Below are positions 11,101 through 25,097 of a stretch of 64,000 nucleotides of DNA, in pieces. A model generated the notes under the pieces. That model ran no database searches. It was not told the DNA's origin and saw only the letters and a program-made list of their open reading frames with translations. How positions within the stretch are numbered: the first letter of the stretch is position 1; each line of letters opens with the position of its first letter. Source of the stretch: Paragordius varius (Eukaryota > Animalia > Nematomorpha); assembly GCA_964247055.1 (NCBI GenBank), contig OZ176056.1, positions 248,001-312,000 of the forward strand. Reading direction: 5' to 3'. The translations under genes were made by a program, and so were the position numbers.

Positions 11101-14100
11101 ATGTATAAAACTAGTCGCATCAATGCTCAAGTTAAACTTTATCCTTAAAAATCAGATATTGGTCACCGGTGAACAAAATTATTTTTTATACATTCTCTTA
11201 GTAGGACTACATCAAAATATAGAGATAGTTTGGCAAACTGTTTCATATCCGATTTTTACCGATACTTTAAAAATTAATGTATAAAACTAGTCGCATCAAT
11301 ACTCAAGTTAAACTTTGTCCTTAAAAATCGAATATTGGTCACCGGTGAACAAAATTATTTTTTATACATTCTCTTAGTAGGACTACATCAAAATATAGAG
11401 ATAGTTTGGCAAACTGTTACATATCCGATTTTTACAACGATACTTTAAAAATTAATGTATAAAACTAGTCGCATCAATACTCAAGTTAAACTTTGTCCTT
11501 AAAAATCGAATATTGGTCACCGGTGAACAAAATTATTTTTTTTACATTCTCTTAGTAAGACTACATCAAAATATAGAAATAGTTTGACAAACTCTTTCAT
11601 ATCCGATTTTTACAACGATACTTTAATAATTAATGTATAAAACTAGTCGCATCAATACTCAAGTTAAACTTTGTCCTTAAAAATCGGATATTGGTCACCG
11701 GTGAACAAAATTATTTTTTATACATTCTCTTAGTAAGACTACATCAAAATATAGAAATAGTTTGACAAACTCTTTCATATCCGATTTTTACAACGATACT
11801 TTAAAAATTAATGTATAAAACTAGTCGCATCAATACTCAAGTTAAACTTTATCCTTAAAAATCAGATATTGGTCACCGGTGAACAAAATAATTTTTTATA
11901 CATTCTCTTAGTAAGACTACATATAAAAATATAGAGATAGTTTGACAAACTCTTTCATATCCGATTTTTACAACGATACTTTAAAAATTAATATATAAAA
12001 CTAGTCGCATCAATGCTCAAGTTAAACTTTATCCTTAAAAATCAGATATTGGTCACCGGTGAACAAAATAATTTTTTATACATTTTCTTAGTAAGACTAC
12101 ATATAAAAATATAGAGATAGTTTGACAAACTCTTTCATATCCGATTTTTACAACGATACTTTAAAAATTATGGTATTGAACCAGTCGCATCAATACTCAA
12201 GTTAAACTTTGTCCTTAAAAATCGGATATTGGTCACCGGTGAACAAAATTATTTTTTATACATTCTCTTAGTCAGGCTACATCAAAATATAGAAATAGTT
12301 TGACAAACTCTTTCATATCCGATTTTTACAACGATACTTTAAAAATTAATGTATAAAACTAGTCGTATCAATAAATCGCATCAATACTCAAGTTAAACTT
12401 TGTCCTTAAAAATCGGATATTGGTCACCGGTGAACAAAATTATTTTTTATACATTCTCTTAGTAGGACTACATCAAAATATAGAGATAGTTTGGCAAACT
12501 GTTTCATATCCGATTTTTACCGATACTTTAAAAATTAATGTATAAAACTAGTCGCATCAATACTCAAGTTAAACTTTGTCCTTAAAAATCGAATATTGGT
12601 CACCGGTGAACAAAATTATTTTTTATACATTCTCTTAGTAGGACTACATCAAAATATAGAGATAGTTTGGCAAACTGTTACATATCCGATTTTTACAACG
12701 ATACTTTAAAAATTAATGTATAAAACTAGTCGCATCAATACTCAAGTTAAACTTTGTCCTTAAAAATCGAATATTGGTCACCGGTGAACAAAATTATTTT
12801 TTATACATTCTCTTAGTAGGACTACATCAAAATATAGAGATAGTTTGGCAAACTGTTACATATCCGATTTTTACAACGATACTTTAAAAATTAATGTATA
12901 AAACTAGTCGCATCAATACTCAAGTTAAACTTTGTCCTTAAAAATCGGATATTGGTCACCGGTGAACAAAATTATTTTTTATACATTCTCTTAGTAAGAC
13001 TACATCAAAATATAGAAATAGTTTGACAAACTCTTTCATATCCGATTTTTACAACGATACTTTAATAATTAATGTATAAAACTAGTCGCATCAATACTCA
13101 AGTTAAACTTTGTCCTTAAAAATCGGATATTGGTCACCGGTGAACAAAATTATTTTTTATACATTCTCTTAGTAAGACTACATCAAAATATAGAAATAGT
13201 TTGACAAACTCTTTCATATCCGATTTTTACAACGATACTTTAAAAATTAATGTATAAAACTAGTCGCATCAATACTCAAGTTAAACTTTATCCTTAAAAA
13301 TCAGATATTGGTCACCGGTGAACAAAATAATTTTTTATACATTCTCTTAGTAAGACTACATATAAAAATATAGAGATAGTTTGACAAACTCTTTCATATC
13401 CGATTTTTACAACGATACTTTAAAAATTAATGTATAAAACTAGTCGCATCAATGCTCAAGTTAAACTTTATCCTTAAAAATCAGATATTGGTCACCGGTG
13501 AACAAAATAATTTTTTATACATTTTCTTAGTAAGACTAGATATAAAAATATAGAGATAGTTTGACAAACTCTTTCATATCCGATTTTTACAACGATACTT
13601 TAAAAATTATGGTATTGAACCAGTCGCATCAATACTCAAGTTAAACTTTGTCCTTAAAAATCGGATATTGGTCACCGGTGAACAAAATTATTTTTTATAC
13701 ATTCTCTTAGTAAGGCTACATCAAAATATAGAAATAGTTTGACAAACTCTTTCATATCCGATTTTTACAACGATACTTTAAAAATTAATGTATAAAACTA
13801 GTCGTATCAATAAATCGCATCAATACTCAAGTTAAACTTTGTCCTTAAAAATCGGATATTGGTCACCGGTGAACAAAATTATTTTTTATACATTCTCTTA
13901 GTAGGACTACATCAAAATATAGAGATAGTTTGGCAAACTGTTTCATATCCGATTTTTACCGATACTTTAAAAATTAATGTATAAAACTAGTCGCATCAAT
14001 ACTCAAGTTAAACTTTGTCCTTAAAAATCGAATATTGGTCACCGGTGAACAAAATTATTTTTTATACATTCTCTTAGTAGGACTACATCAAAATATAGAG

Positions 14101-17100
14101 ATAGTTTGGCAAACTGTTACATATCCGATTTTTACAACGATACTTTAAAAATTAATGTATAAAACTAGTCGCATCGATACTCAAGTTAAACTTTGTCCTT
14201 AAAAATCGAATATTGGTCACCGGTGAACAAAATTATTTTTTATACATTCTCTTAGTAAGACTACATCAAAATATAGAGATAATTTGGCAAACTCTTTCAT
14301 ATCCGATTTTTACAACGATACTTTAAAAATTAATGTATAAAACTAGTCGTATCAATAAATCGCATCAATACTCAAGTTAAACTTTGTCCTTAAAAATCGG
14401 ATATTGGTCACCGGTGAACAAAATTATTTTTTATACATTCTCTTAGTAGGACTACATCAAAATATAGAGATAGTTTGGCAAACTGTTTCATATCCGATTT
14501 TTACCGATACTTTAAAAATTAATGTATAAAACTAGTCGCATCAATACTCAAGTTAAACTTTGTCCTTAAAAATCGAATATTGGTCACCGGTGAACAAAAT
14601 TATTTTTTATACATTCTCTTAGTAAGACTACATCAAAATATAGAAATAGTTTCACAAACTCTTTCATATCTGATTTTTACAACGATACTTTAAAAATTAA
14701 TGTATTAAACCAATCGCATCAATACTCAAGTTAAACTTTGTCCTTAAAAATCGGATATTGGTCACCGGTGCACAAATTTATTTTTTATACATTCTCTTAG
14801 TAAGACTACATCAAAATATAGAGATAGTTTGACAAACTCTTTCATATCCGATTTTTACAACGATACTTTAAAAATTAATGTATAAAACTAGTCGCATCAA
14901 TGCTCAAGTTAAACTTTATCCTTAAAAATCAGATATTGGTCACCGGTGAACAAAATTATTTTTTATACATTCTCTTAGTAGGACTACATCAAAATATAGA
15001 GATAGTTTGGCAAACTGTTTCATATCCGATTTTTACCGATACTTTAAAAATTAATGTATAAAACTAGTCGCATCAATACTCAAGTTAAACTTTGTCCTTA
15101 AAAATCGAATATTGGTCACCGGTGAACAAAATTATTTTTTATACATTCTCTTAGTAGGACTACATCAAAATATAGAGATAGTTTGGCAAACTGTTACATA
15201 TCCGATTTTTACAACGATACTTTAAAAATTAATGTATAAAACTAGTCGCATCAATACTCAAGTTAAACTTTGTCCTTAAAAATCGAATATTGGTCACCGG
15301 TGAACAAAATTATTTTTTTTACATTCTCTTAGTAAGACTACATCAAAATATAGAAATAGTTTGACAAACTCTTTCATATCCGATTTTTACAACGATACTT
15401 TAATAATTAATGTATAAAACTAGTCGCATCAATACTCAAGTTAAACTTTGTCCTTAAAAATCGGATATTGGTCACCGGTGAACAAAATTATTTTTTATAC
15501 ATTCTCTTAGTAAGACTACATCAAAATATAGAAATAGTTTGACAAACTCTTTCATATCCGATTTTTACAACGATACTTTAAAAATTAATGTATAAAACTA
15601 GTCGCATCAATACTCAAGTTAAACTTTATCCTTAAAAATCAGATATTGGTCACCGGTGAACAAAATAATTTTTTATACATTCTCTTAGTAAGACTACATA
15701 TAAAAATATAGAGATAGTTTGACAAACTCTTTCATATCCGATTTTTACAACGATACTTTAAAAATTAATATATAAAACTAGTCGCATCAATGCTCAAGTT
15801 AAACTTTATCCTTAAAAATCAGATATTGGTCACCGGTGAACAAAATAATTTTTTATACATTTTCTTAGTAAGACTACATATAAAAATATAGAGATAGTTT
15901 GACAAACTCTTTCATATCCGATTTTTACAACGATACTTTAAAAATTATGGTATTGAACCAGTCGCATCAATACTCAAGTTAAACTTTGTCCTTAAAAATC
16001 GGATATTGGTCACCGGTGAACAAAATTATTTTTTATACATTCTCTTAGTCAGGCTACATCAAAATATAGAAATAGTTTGACAAACTCTTTCATATCCGAT
16101 TTTTACAACGATACTTAAAAAATTAATGTATAAAACTAGTCGTATCAATAAATCGCATCAATACTCAAGTTAAACTTTGTCCTTAAAAATCGGATATTGG
16201 TCACCGGTGAACAAAATTATTTTTTATACATTCTCTTAGTAGGACTACATCAAAATATAGAGATAGTTTGGCAAACTGTTTCATATCCGATTTTTACCGA
16301 TACTTTAAAAATTAATGTATAAAACTAGTCGCATCAATACTCAAGTTAAACTTTGTCCTTAAAAATCGAATATTGGTCACCGGTGAACAAAATTATTTTT
16401 TATACATTCTCTTAGTAGGACTACATCAAAATATAGAGATAGTTTGGCAAACTGTTACATATCCGATTTTTACAACGATACTTTAAAAATTAATGTATAA
16501 AACTAGTCGCATCAATACTCAAGTTAAACTTTGTCCTTAAAAATCGGATATTGGTCACCGGTGAACAAAATTATTTTTTATACATTCTCTTAGTAAGACT
16601 ACATCAAAATATAGAAATAGTTTGACAAACTCTTTCATATCCGATTTTTACAACGATACTTTAATAATTAATGTATAAAACTAGTCGCATCAATACTCAA
16701 GTTAAACTTTGTCCTTAAAAATCGGATATTGGTCACCGGTGAACAAAATTATTTTTTATACATTCTCTTAGTAAGACTACATCAAAATATAGAAATAGTT
16801 TGACAAACTCTTTCATATCCGATTTTTACAACGATACTTTAAAAATTAATGTATAAAACTAGTCGCATCAATACTCAAGTTAAACTTTATCCTTAAAAAT
16901 CAGATATTGGTCACCGGTGAACAAAATAATTTTTTATACATTCTCTTAGTAAGACTACATATAAAAATATAGAGATAGTTTGACAAACTCTTTCATATCC
17001 GATTTTTACAACGATACTTTAAAAATTAATGTATAAAACTAGTCGCATCAATGCTCAAGTTAAACTTTATCCTTAAAAATCAGATATTGGTCACCGGTGA

Positions 17101-18555
17101 ACAAAATAATTTTTTATACATTTTCTTAGTAAGACTAGATATAAAAATATAGAGATAGTTTGACAAACTCTTTCATATCCGATTTTTACAACGATACTTT
17201 AAAAATTATGGTATTGAACCAGTCGCATCAATACTCAAGTTAAACTTTGTCCTTAAAAATCGGATATTGGTCACCGGTGAACAAAATTATTTTTTATACA
17301 TTCTCTTAGTAAGGCTACATCAAAATATAGAAATAGTTTGACAAACTCTTTCATATCCGATTTTTACAACGATACTTTAAAAATTAATGTATAAAACTAG
17401 TCGTATCAATAAATCGCATCAATACTCAAGTTAAACTTTGTCCTTAAAAATCGGATATTGGTCACCGGTGAACAAAATTATTTTTTATACATTCTCTTAG
17501 TAGGACTACATCAAAATATAGAGATAGTTTGGCAAACTGTTTCATATCCGATTTTTACCGATACTTTAAAAATTAATGTATAAAACTAGTCGCATCAATA
17601 CTCAAGTTAAACTTTGTCCTTAAAAATCGAATATTGGTCACCGGTGAACAAAATTATTTTTTATACATTCTCTTAGTAGGACTACATCAAAATATAGAGA
17701 TAGTTTGGCAAACTGTTACATATCCGATTTTTACAACGATACTTTAAAAATTAATGTATAAAACTAGTCGCATCGATACTCAAGTTAAACTTTGTCCTTA
17801 AAAATCGAATATTGGTCACCGGTGAACAAAATTATTTTTTATACATTCTCTTAGTAAGACTACATCAAAATATAGAGATAATTTGGCAAACTCTTTCATA
17901 TCCGATTTTTACAACGATACTTTAAAAATTAATGTATAAAACTAGTCGTATCAATAAATCGCATCAATACTCAAGTTAAACTTTGTCCTTAAAAATCGGA
18001 TATTGGTCACCGGTGAACAAAATTATTTTTTATACATTCTCTTAGTAGGACTACATCAAAATATAGAGATAGTTTGGCAAACTGTTTCATATCCGATTTT
18101 TACCGATACTTTAAAAATTAATGTATAAAACTAGTCGCATCAATACTCAAGTTAAACTTTGTCCTTAAAAATCGAATATTGGTCACCGGTGAACAAAATT
18201 ATTTTTTATACATTCTCTTAGTAAGACTACATCAAAATATAGAAATAGTTTCACAAACTCTTTCATATCTGATTTTTACAACGATACTTTAAAAATTAAT
18301 GTATTAAACCAATCGCATCAATACTCAAGTTAAACTTTGTCCTTAAAAATCGGATATTGGTCACCGGTGCACAAATTTATTTTTTATACATTCTCTTAGT
18401 AAGACTACATCAAAATATAGAGATAGTTTGACAAACTCTTTCATATCCGATTTTTACAACGATACTTTAAAAATTAATGTATAAAACTAGTCGCATCAAT
18501 GCTCAAGTTAAACTTTATCCTTAAAAATCAGATATTGGTCACCGGTGAACAAAAT
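8173..18555 (+). repeat. 20-monomer HOR (3599 bp), about 2.8 tandem copies; the middle copy carries one extra monomer (3777 bp)
   Basis: Marker tagtcagg at 8674, 12273 and 16050. Marker catcgatac at 10399, 14176 and 17775. Marker actagatata at 9762, 13539 and 17138. Arithmetic: 20x178 + 3x13 + 4x2 - 4x2 = 3599. The extra monomer is 12677-12854. Confidence 0.93.
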
Positions 18556-18617
18556 AATTTTTTATACATTTTCTTAGTAAGACTACATATAAAAATATAG
18601 AGATAGTTTGACAAACT

Positions 18618-21600
18618 CTTTCATATCCGATTTTTACAACGATACTTTAAAAATTATGGTATTGAACCAGTCGCATCAATACTCAAGTTAAACTTTGTCC
18701 TTAAAAATCGGATATTGGTCACCGGTGAACAAAATTATTTTTTATACATTCTCTTAGTAAGGCTACATCAAAATATAGAAATAGTGTGACAAACTCTTTC
18801 ATATCCGATTTTTACAACGATACTTTAAAAATTAATGTATAAAACTAGTCGTATCAATAAATCGCATCAATACTCAAGTTAAACTTTGTCCTTAAAAATC
18901 GGATATTGGTCACCGGTGAACAAAATTATTTTTTATATATTCTCTTAGTAGGACTACATCAAAATATAGAGATAGTTTGGCAAACTGTTTCATATCCGAT
19001 TTTTACCGATACTTTAAAAATTAATGTATAAAACTAGTCGCATCAATACTCAAGTTAAACTTTGTCCTTAAAAATCGAATATTGGTCACCGGTGAACAAA
19101 ATTATTTTTTCTACATTCTCTTAGTAGGACTACATCAAAATATAGAGATAGTTTGGCAAACTGTTACATATCCGATTTTTACAACGATACTTTAAAAATT
19201 AATGTATAAAACTAGTCGCATCAATACTCAAGTTAAACTTTGTCCTTAAAAATCGAATATTGGTCACCGGTGAACAAAATTATTTTTTTTACATTCTCTT
19301 AGTAAGACTACATCAAAATATAGAAATAGTTTGACAAACTCTTTCATATCCGATTTTTACAACGATACTTTAATAATTAATGTATAAAACTAGTCGCATC
19401 AATACTCAAGTTAAACTTTGTCCTTAAAAATCGGATATTGGTCACCGGTGAACAAAATTATTTTTTATACATTCTCTTAGTAAGCCTACATCAAAATATA
19501 GAAATAGTTTGACAAACTCTTTCATATCCGATTTTTACAACGATACTTTAAAAATTAATGTATAAAACTAGTCGCATCAATACTCAAGTTAAACTTTATC
19601 CTTAAAAATCAGATATTGGTCACCGGTGAACAAAATAATTTTTTATACATTCTCTTAGTAGGACTACATCAAAATATAGAGATAGTTTGGCAAACTGTTA
19701 CATATCCGATTTTTACAACGATACTTTAAAAATTATGGTATTGAACCAGTCGCATCAATACTCAAGTTAAACTTTGTCCTTAAAAATCGGATATTGGTCA
19801 CCGGTGAACAAAATTATTTTTTATACATTCTCTTAGTAAGGCTACATCAAAATATAGAAATAGTTTGACAAACTCTTTCATATCCGATTTTTACAACGAT
19901 ACTTTAAAAATTAATGTATAAAACTAGTCGTATCAATAAATCGCATCAATACTCAAGTTAAACTTTGTCCTTAAAAATCGGATATTGGTCACCGGTGAAC
20001 AAAATTATTTTTTATACATTCTCTTAGTAGGACTACATCAAAATATAGAGATAGTTTGGCAAACTGTTTCATATCCGATTTTTACCGATACTTTAAAAAT
20101 TAATGTATAAAACTAGTCGCATCAATACTCAAGTTAAACTTTGTCCTTAAAAATCGAATATTGGTCACCGGTGAACAAAATTATTTTTTATACATTCTCT
20201 TAGTAGGACTACATCAAAATATAGAGATAGTTTGGCAAACTGTTACATATCCGATTTTTACAACGATACTTTAAAAATTAATGTATAAAACTAGTCGCAT
20301 CAATACTCAAGTTAAACTTTGTCCTTAAAAATCGAATATTGGTCACCGGTGAACAAAATTATTTTTTTTACATTCTCTTAGTAAGACTACATCAAAATAT
20401 AGAAATAGTTTGACAAACTCTTTCATATCCGATTTTTACAACGATACTTTAATAATTAATGTATAAAACTAGTCGCATCAATACTCAAGTTAAACTTTGT
20501 CCTTAAAAATCGGATATTGGTCACCGGTGAACAAAATTATTTTTTATACATTCTCTTAGTAAGACTACATCAAAATATAGAAATAGTTTGACAAACTCTT
20601 TCATATCCGATTTTTACAACGATACTTTAAAAATTAATGTATAAAACTAGTCGCATCAATACTCAAGTTAAACTTTATCCTTAAAAATCAGATATTGGTC
20701 ACCGGTGAACAAAATAATTTTTTATACATTCTCTTAGTAGGACTACATCAAAATATAGAGATAGTTTGGCAAACTGTTACATATCCGATTTTTACAACGA
20801 TACTTTAAAAATTATGGTATTGAACCAGTCGCATCAATACTCAAGTTAAACTTTGTCCTTAAAAATCGGATATTGGTCACCGGTGAACAAAATTATTTTT
20901 TATACATTCTCTTAGTAAGGCTACATCAAAATATAGAAATAGTTTGACAAACTCTTTCATATCCGATTTTTACAACGATACTTTAAAAATTAATGTATAA
21001 AACTAGTCGTATCAATAAATCGCATCAATACTCAAGTTAAACTTTGTCCTTAAAAATCGGATATTGGTCACCGGTGAACAAAATTATTTTTTATACATTC
21101 TCTTAGTAGGACTACATCAAAATATAGAGATAGTTTGGCAAACTGTTTCATATCCGATTTTTACCGATACTTTAAAAATTAATGTATAAAACTAGTCGCA
21201 TCAATACTCAAGTTAAACTTTGTCCTTAAAAATCGAATATTGGTCACCGGTGAACAAAATTATTTTTTATACATTCTCTTAGTAGGACTACATCAAAATA
21301 TAGAGATAGTTTGGCAAACTGTTACATATCCGATTTTTACAACGATACTTTAAAAATTAATGTATAAAACTAGTCGCATCAATACTCAAGTTAAACTTTG
21401 TCCTTAAAAATCGAATATTGGTCACCGGTGAACAAAATTATTTTTTTTACATTCTCTTAGTAAGACTACATCAAAATATAGAAATAGTTTGACAAACTCT
21501 TTCATATCCGATTTTTACAACGATACTTTAATAATTAATGTATAAAACTAGTCGCATCAATACTCAAGTTAAACTTTGTCCTTAAAAATCGGATATTGGT

Positions 21601-21856
21601 CACCGGTGAACAAAATTATTTTTTATACATTCTCTTAGTAAGACTACATCAAAATATAGAAATAGTTTGACAAACTCTTTCATATCCGATTTTTACAACG
21701 ATACTTTAAAAATTAATGTATAAAACTAGTCGCATCAATACTCAAGTTAAACTTTATCCTTAAAAATCAGATATTGGTCACCGGTGAACAAAATAATTTT
21801 TTATACATTCTCTTAGTAAGACTACATATAAAAATATAGAGATAGTTTGACAAACT
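18618..21856 (+). repeat. 6-monomer HOR (1079 bp), three copies
   Basis: The tgaaccag-type monomer starts at 18618, 19697 and 20776, and the chimeric cagat/tagg marker is at 19661 and 20740. Arithmetic: 6x178 + 13 - 2 = 1079. Confidence 0.9.
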
Positions 21857-24800
21857 CTTTCATATCCGATTTTTACAACGATACTTTAAAAATTAATGTA
21901 TAAAACTAGTCGCATCAATGCTCAAGTTAAACTTTATCCTTAAAAATCAGATATTGGTCACCGGTGAACAAAATAATTTTTTATACATTTTCTTAGTAAG
22001 ACTACATATAAAAATATAGAGATAGTTTGACAAACTCTTTCATATCCGATTTTTACAACGATACTTTAAAAATTATGGTATTGAACCAGTCGCATCAATA
22101 CTCAAGTTAAACTTTGTCCTTAAAAATCGGATATTGGTCACCGGTGAACAATATTATTTTTTATACATTCTCTTAGTAAGGCTACATCAAAATATAGAAA
22201 TAGTTTGACAAACTCTTTCATATCCGATTTTTACAACGATACTTTAAAAATTAATGTATAAAACTAGTCGTATCAATAAATCGCATCAATACTCAAGTTA
22301 AACTTTGTCCTTAAAAATCGGATATTGGTCACCGGTGCACAAATTTATTTTTTATACATTCTCTTAGTAAGACTACATCAAAATATAGAAATAGTTTGAC
22401 AAACTCTTTCATATCCGATTTTTACAACGATACTTTAAAAATTAATGTATAAAACTAGTCGCATCAATACTCAAGTTAAACTTTATCCTTAAAAATCAGA
22501 TATTGGTCACCGGTGAACAAAATAATTTTTTATACATTCTCTTAGTAAGACTACATATAAAAATATAGAGATAGTTTGACAAACTCTTTCATATCCGATT
22601 TTTACAACGATACTTTAAAAATTATGGTATTGAACCAGTCGCATCAATACTCAAGTTAAACTTTGTCCTTAAAAATCGGATATTGGTCACCGGTGAACAA
22701 AATTATTTTTTATACATTCTCTTAGTAAGACTACATCAAAATATAGAAATAGTTTGACAAACTCTTTCATATCCGATTTTTACAACGATACTTTAAAAAT
22801 TAATGTATAAAACTAGTCGTATCAATAAATCGCATCAATACTCAAGTTAAACTTTGTCCTTAAAAATCGGATATTGGTCACCGGTGAACAAAATTATTTT
22901 GTATACATTCTCTTAGTAGGACTACATCAAAATATAGAGATAGTTTGGCAAACTGTTTCATATCCGATTTTTACCGATACTTTAAAAATTAATGTATAAA
23001 ACTAGTCGCATCAATACTCAAGTTAAACTTTGTCCTTAAAAATCGAATATTGGTCACCGGTGAACAAAATTATTTTTTATACATTCTCTTAGTAGGACTA
23101 CATCAAAATATAGAGATAGTTTGGCAAACTGTTACATATCCGATTTTTACAACGATACTTTAAAAATTAATGTATAAAACTAGTCGCATCAATACTCAAG
23201 TTAAACTTTGTCCTTAAAAATCGAATATTGGTCACCGGTGAACAAAATTATTTTTTTTACATTCTCTTAGTAAGACTACATCAAAATAAAGAAATAGTTT
23301 GACAAACTCTTTCATATCCGATTTTAACAACGATACTTTAATAATTAATGTATAAAACTAGTCGCATCAATACTCAAGTTAAACTTTGTCCTTAAAAATC
23401 GGATATTGGTCACCGGTGAACAAAATTATTTTTTATACATTCTCTTAGTAAGACTACATCAAAATATAGAAATAGTTTGACAAACTCTTTCATATCCGAT
23501 TTTTACAACGATACTTTAAAAATTAATGTATTAAACTAGTCGCATCAATACTCAAGTTAAACTTTGTCCTTAAAAATCGGATATTGGTCACCGGTGAACA
23601 AAACTATTTTTTATACATTCTCTTAGTAAGACTACATCAAATAGAGATAATTTGGCAAACTCTTTCATATCCGATTTTTACAACGATACTTTAAAAATTA
23701 ATGTATAAAACTAGTCGTATCAATAAATCGCATCAATACTCAAGTTAAACTTTGTCCTTAAAAATCGGATATTGGTCACCGGTGAACAAAATTATTTTTT
23801 ATACATTCTCTTAGTAGGACTACATCAAAATATAGAGATAGTTTGGCAAACTGTTACATATCCGATTTTTACAACGATACTTTAAAAATTAATGTATAAA
23901 ACTAGTCGCATCAATACTCAAGTTAAACTTTGTCCTTAAAAATCGAATATTGGTCACCGGTGAACAAAATTATTTTTTATACATTCTCTTAGCAAGACTA
24001 CATCAAAATATAGAGATAGTTTGACAAACTCTTTCATATCCGATTTTTACAACGATACTTTAAAAATTATGGTATTAAACCAGTCGCATCAATACTCAAG
24101 TTAAACTTTGTCCTTAAAAATCGGATATTGGTCACCGGTGAACAAAATTATTTTTTTTACATTCTCTTAGTAAGACTACATCAAAATATAGAAATAGTTT
24201 GACAAACTCTTTCATATCCGATTTTTACAACGATACTTTAATAATTAATGTATAAAACTAGTCGCATCAATACTCAAATTAAACTTTGTCCTTAAAAATC
24301 GGATATTGGTCACCGGTGAACAAAATATTTTATATACATTCTCTTAGTAAGACTACATCAAAATATAGAGATAGTTTGACAAACTCTTTCATATCCGATT
24401 TTTACAAGGATACTTTTTTTTAATTATGGTATTAAACCAGTCGCATCAATACTCAAGTTAAACTTTGTCCTTAAAAATCGGATATTGGTCACCGGTGAAC
24501 AAAATTATTTTTTATACTCTTAGTAAGACTACATCAAAATATAGATATAGTTTGACAAACTCTTTCATATCCGATTTTTACAACGATACTTTAATAATTA
24601 ATGTATAAAACTAGTCGCATCAATACTCAAGTTAAACTTTGTCCTTAAAAATCGGATATTGGTCACCGGTGAACAAAATTATTTTTTATACATTCTCTTA
24701 GTAAGACTACATCAAAATATAGAAATAGTTTGACAAACTCTTTCATATCCGATTTTTACAACGATACTTTAAAAATTAATGTATTAAACTAGTCGCATCA

Positions 24801-25097
24801 ATACTCAAGTTAAACTTTGTCCTTAAAAATCGGATATTGGTCACCGGTGAACAAAATTATTTTTTATACATTCTCTTAGCAAGACTACATCAAAATATAG
24901 AGATAGTTTGACAAACTCTTTCATATCCGATTTTTACAACGATACTTTAAAAATTAATGTATAAAACTAGTCGCATCAATACTCAAGTTAAACTTTATCC
25001 TTAAAAATCAGATATTGGTCACCGGTGAACAAAATGATTTTTTATACATTCTCTTAGTAAGACTACATATAAAAATATAGAGATAGTTTGACAAACT

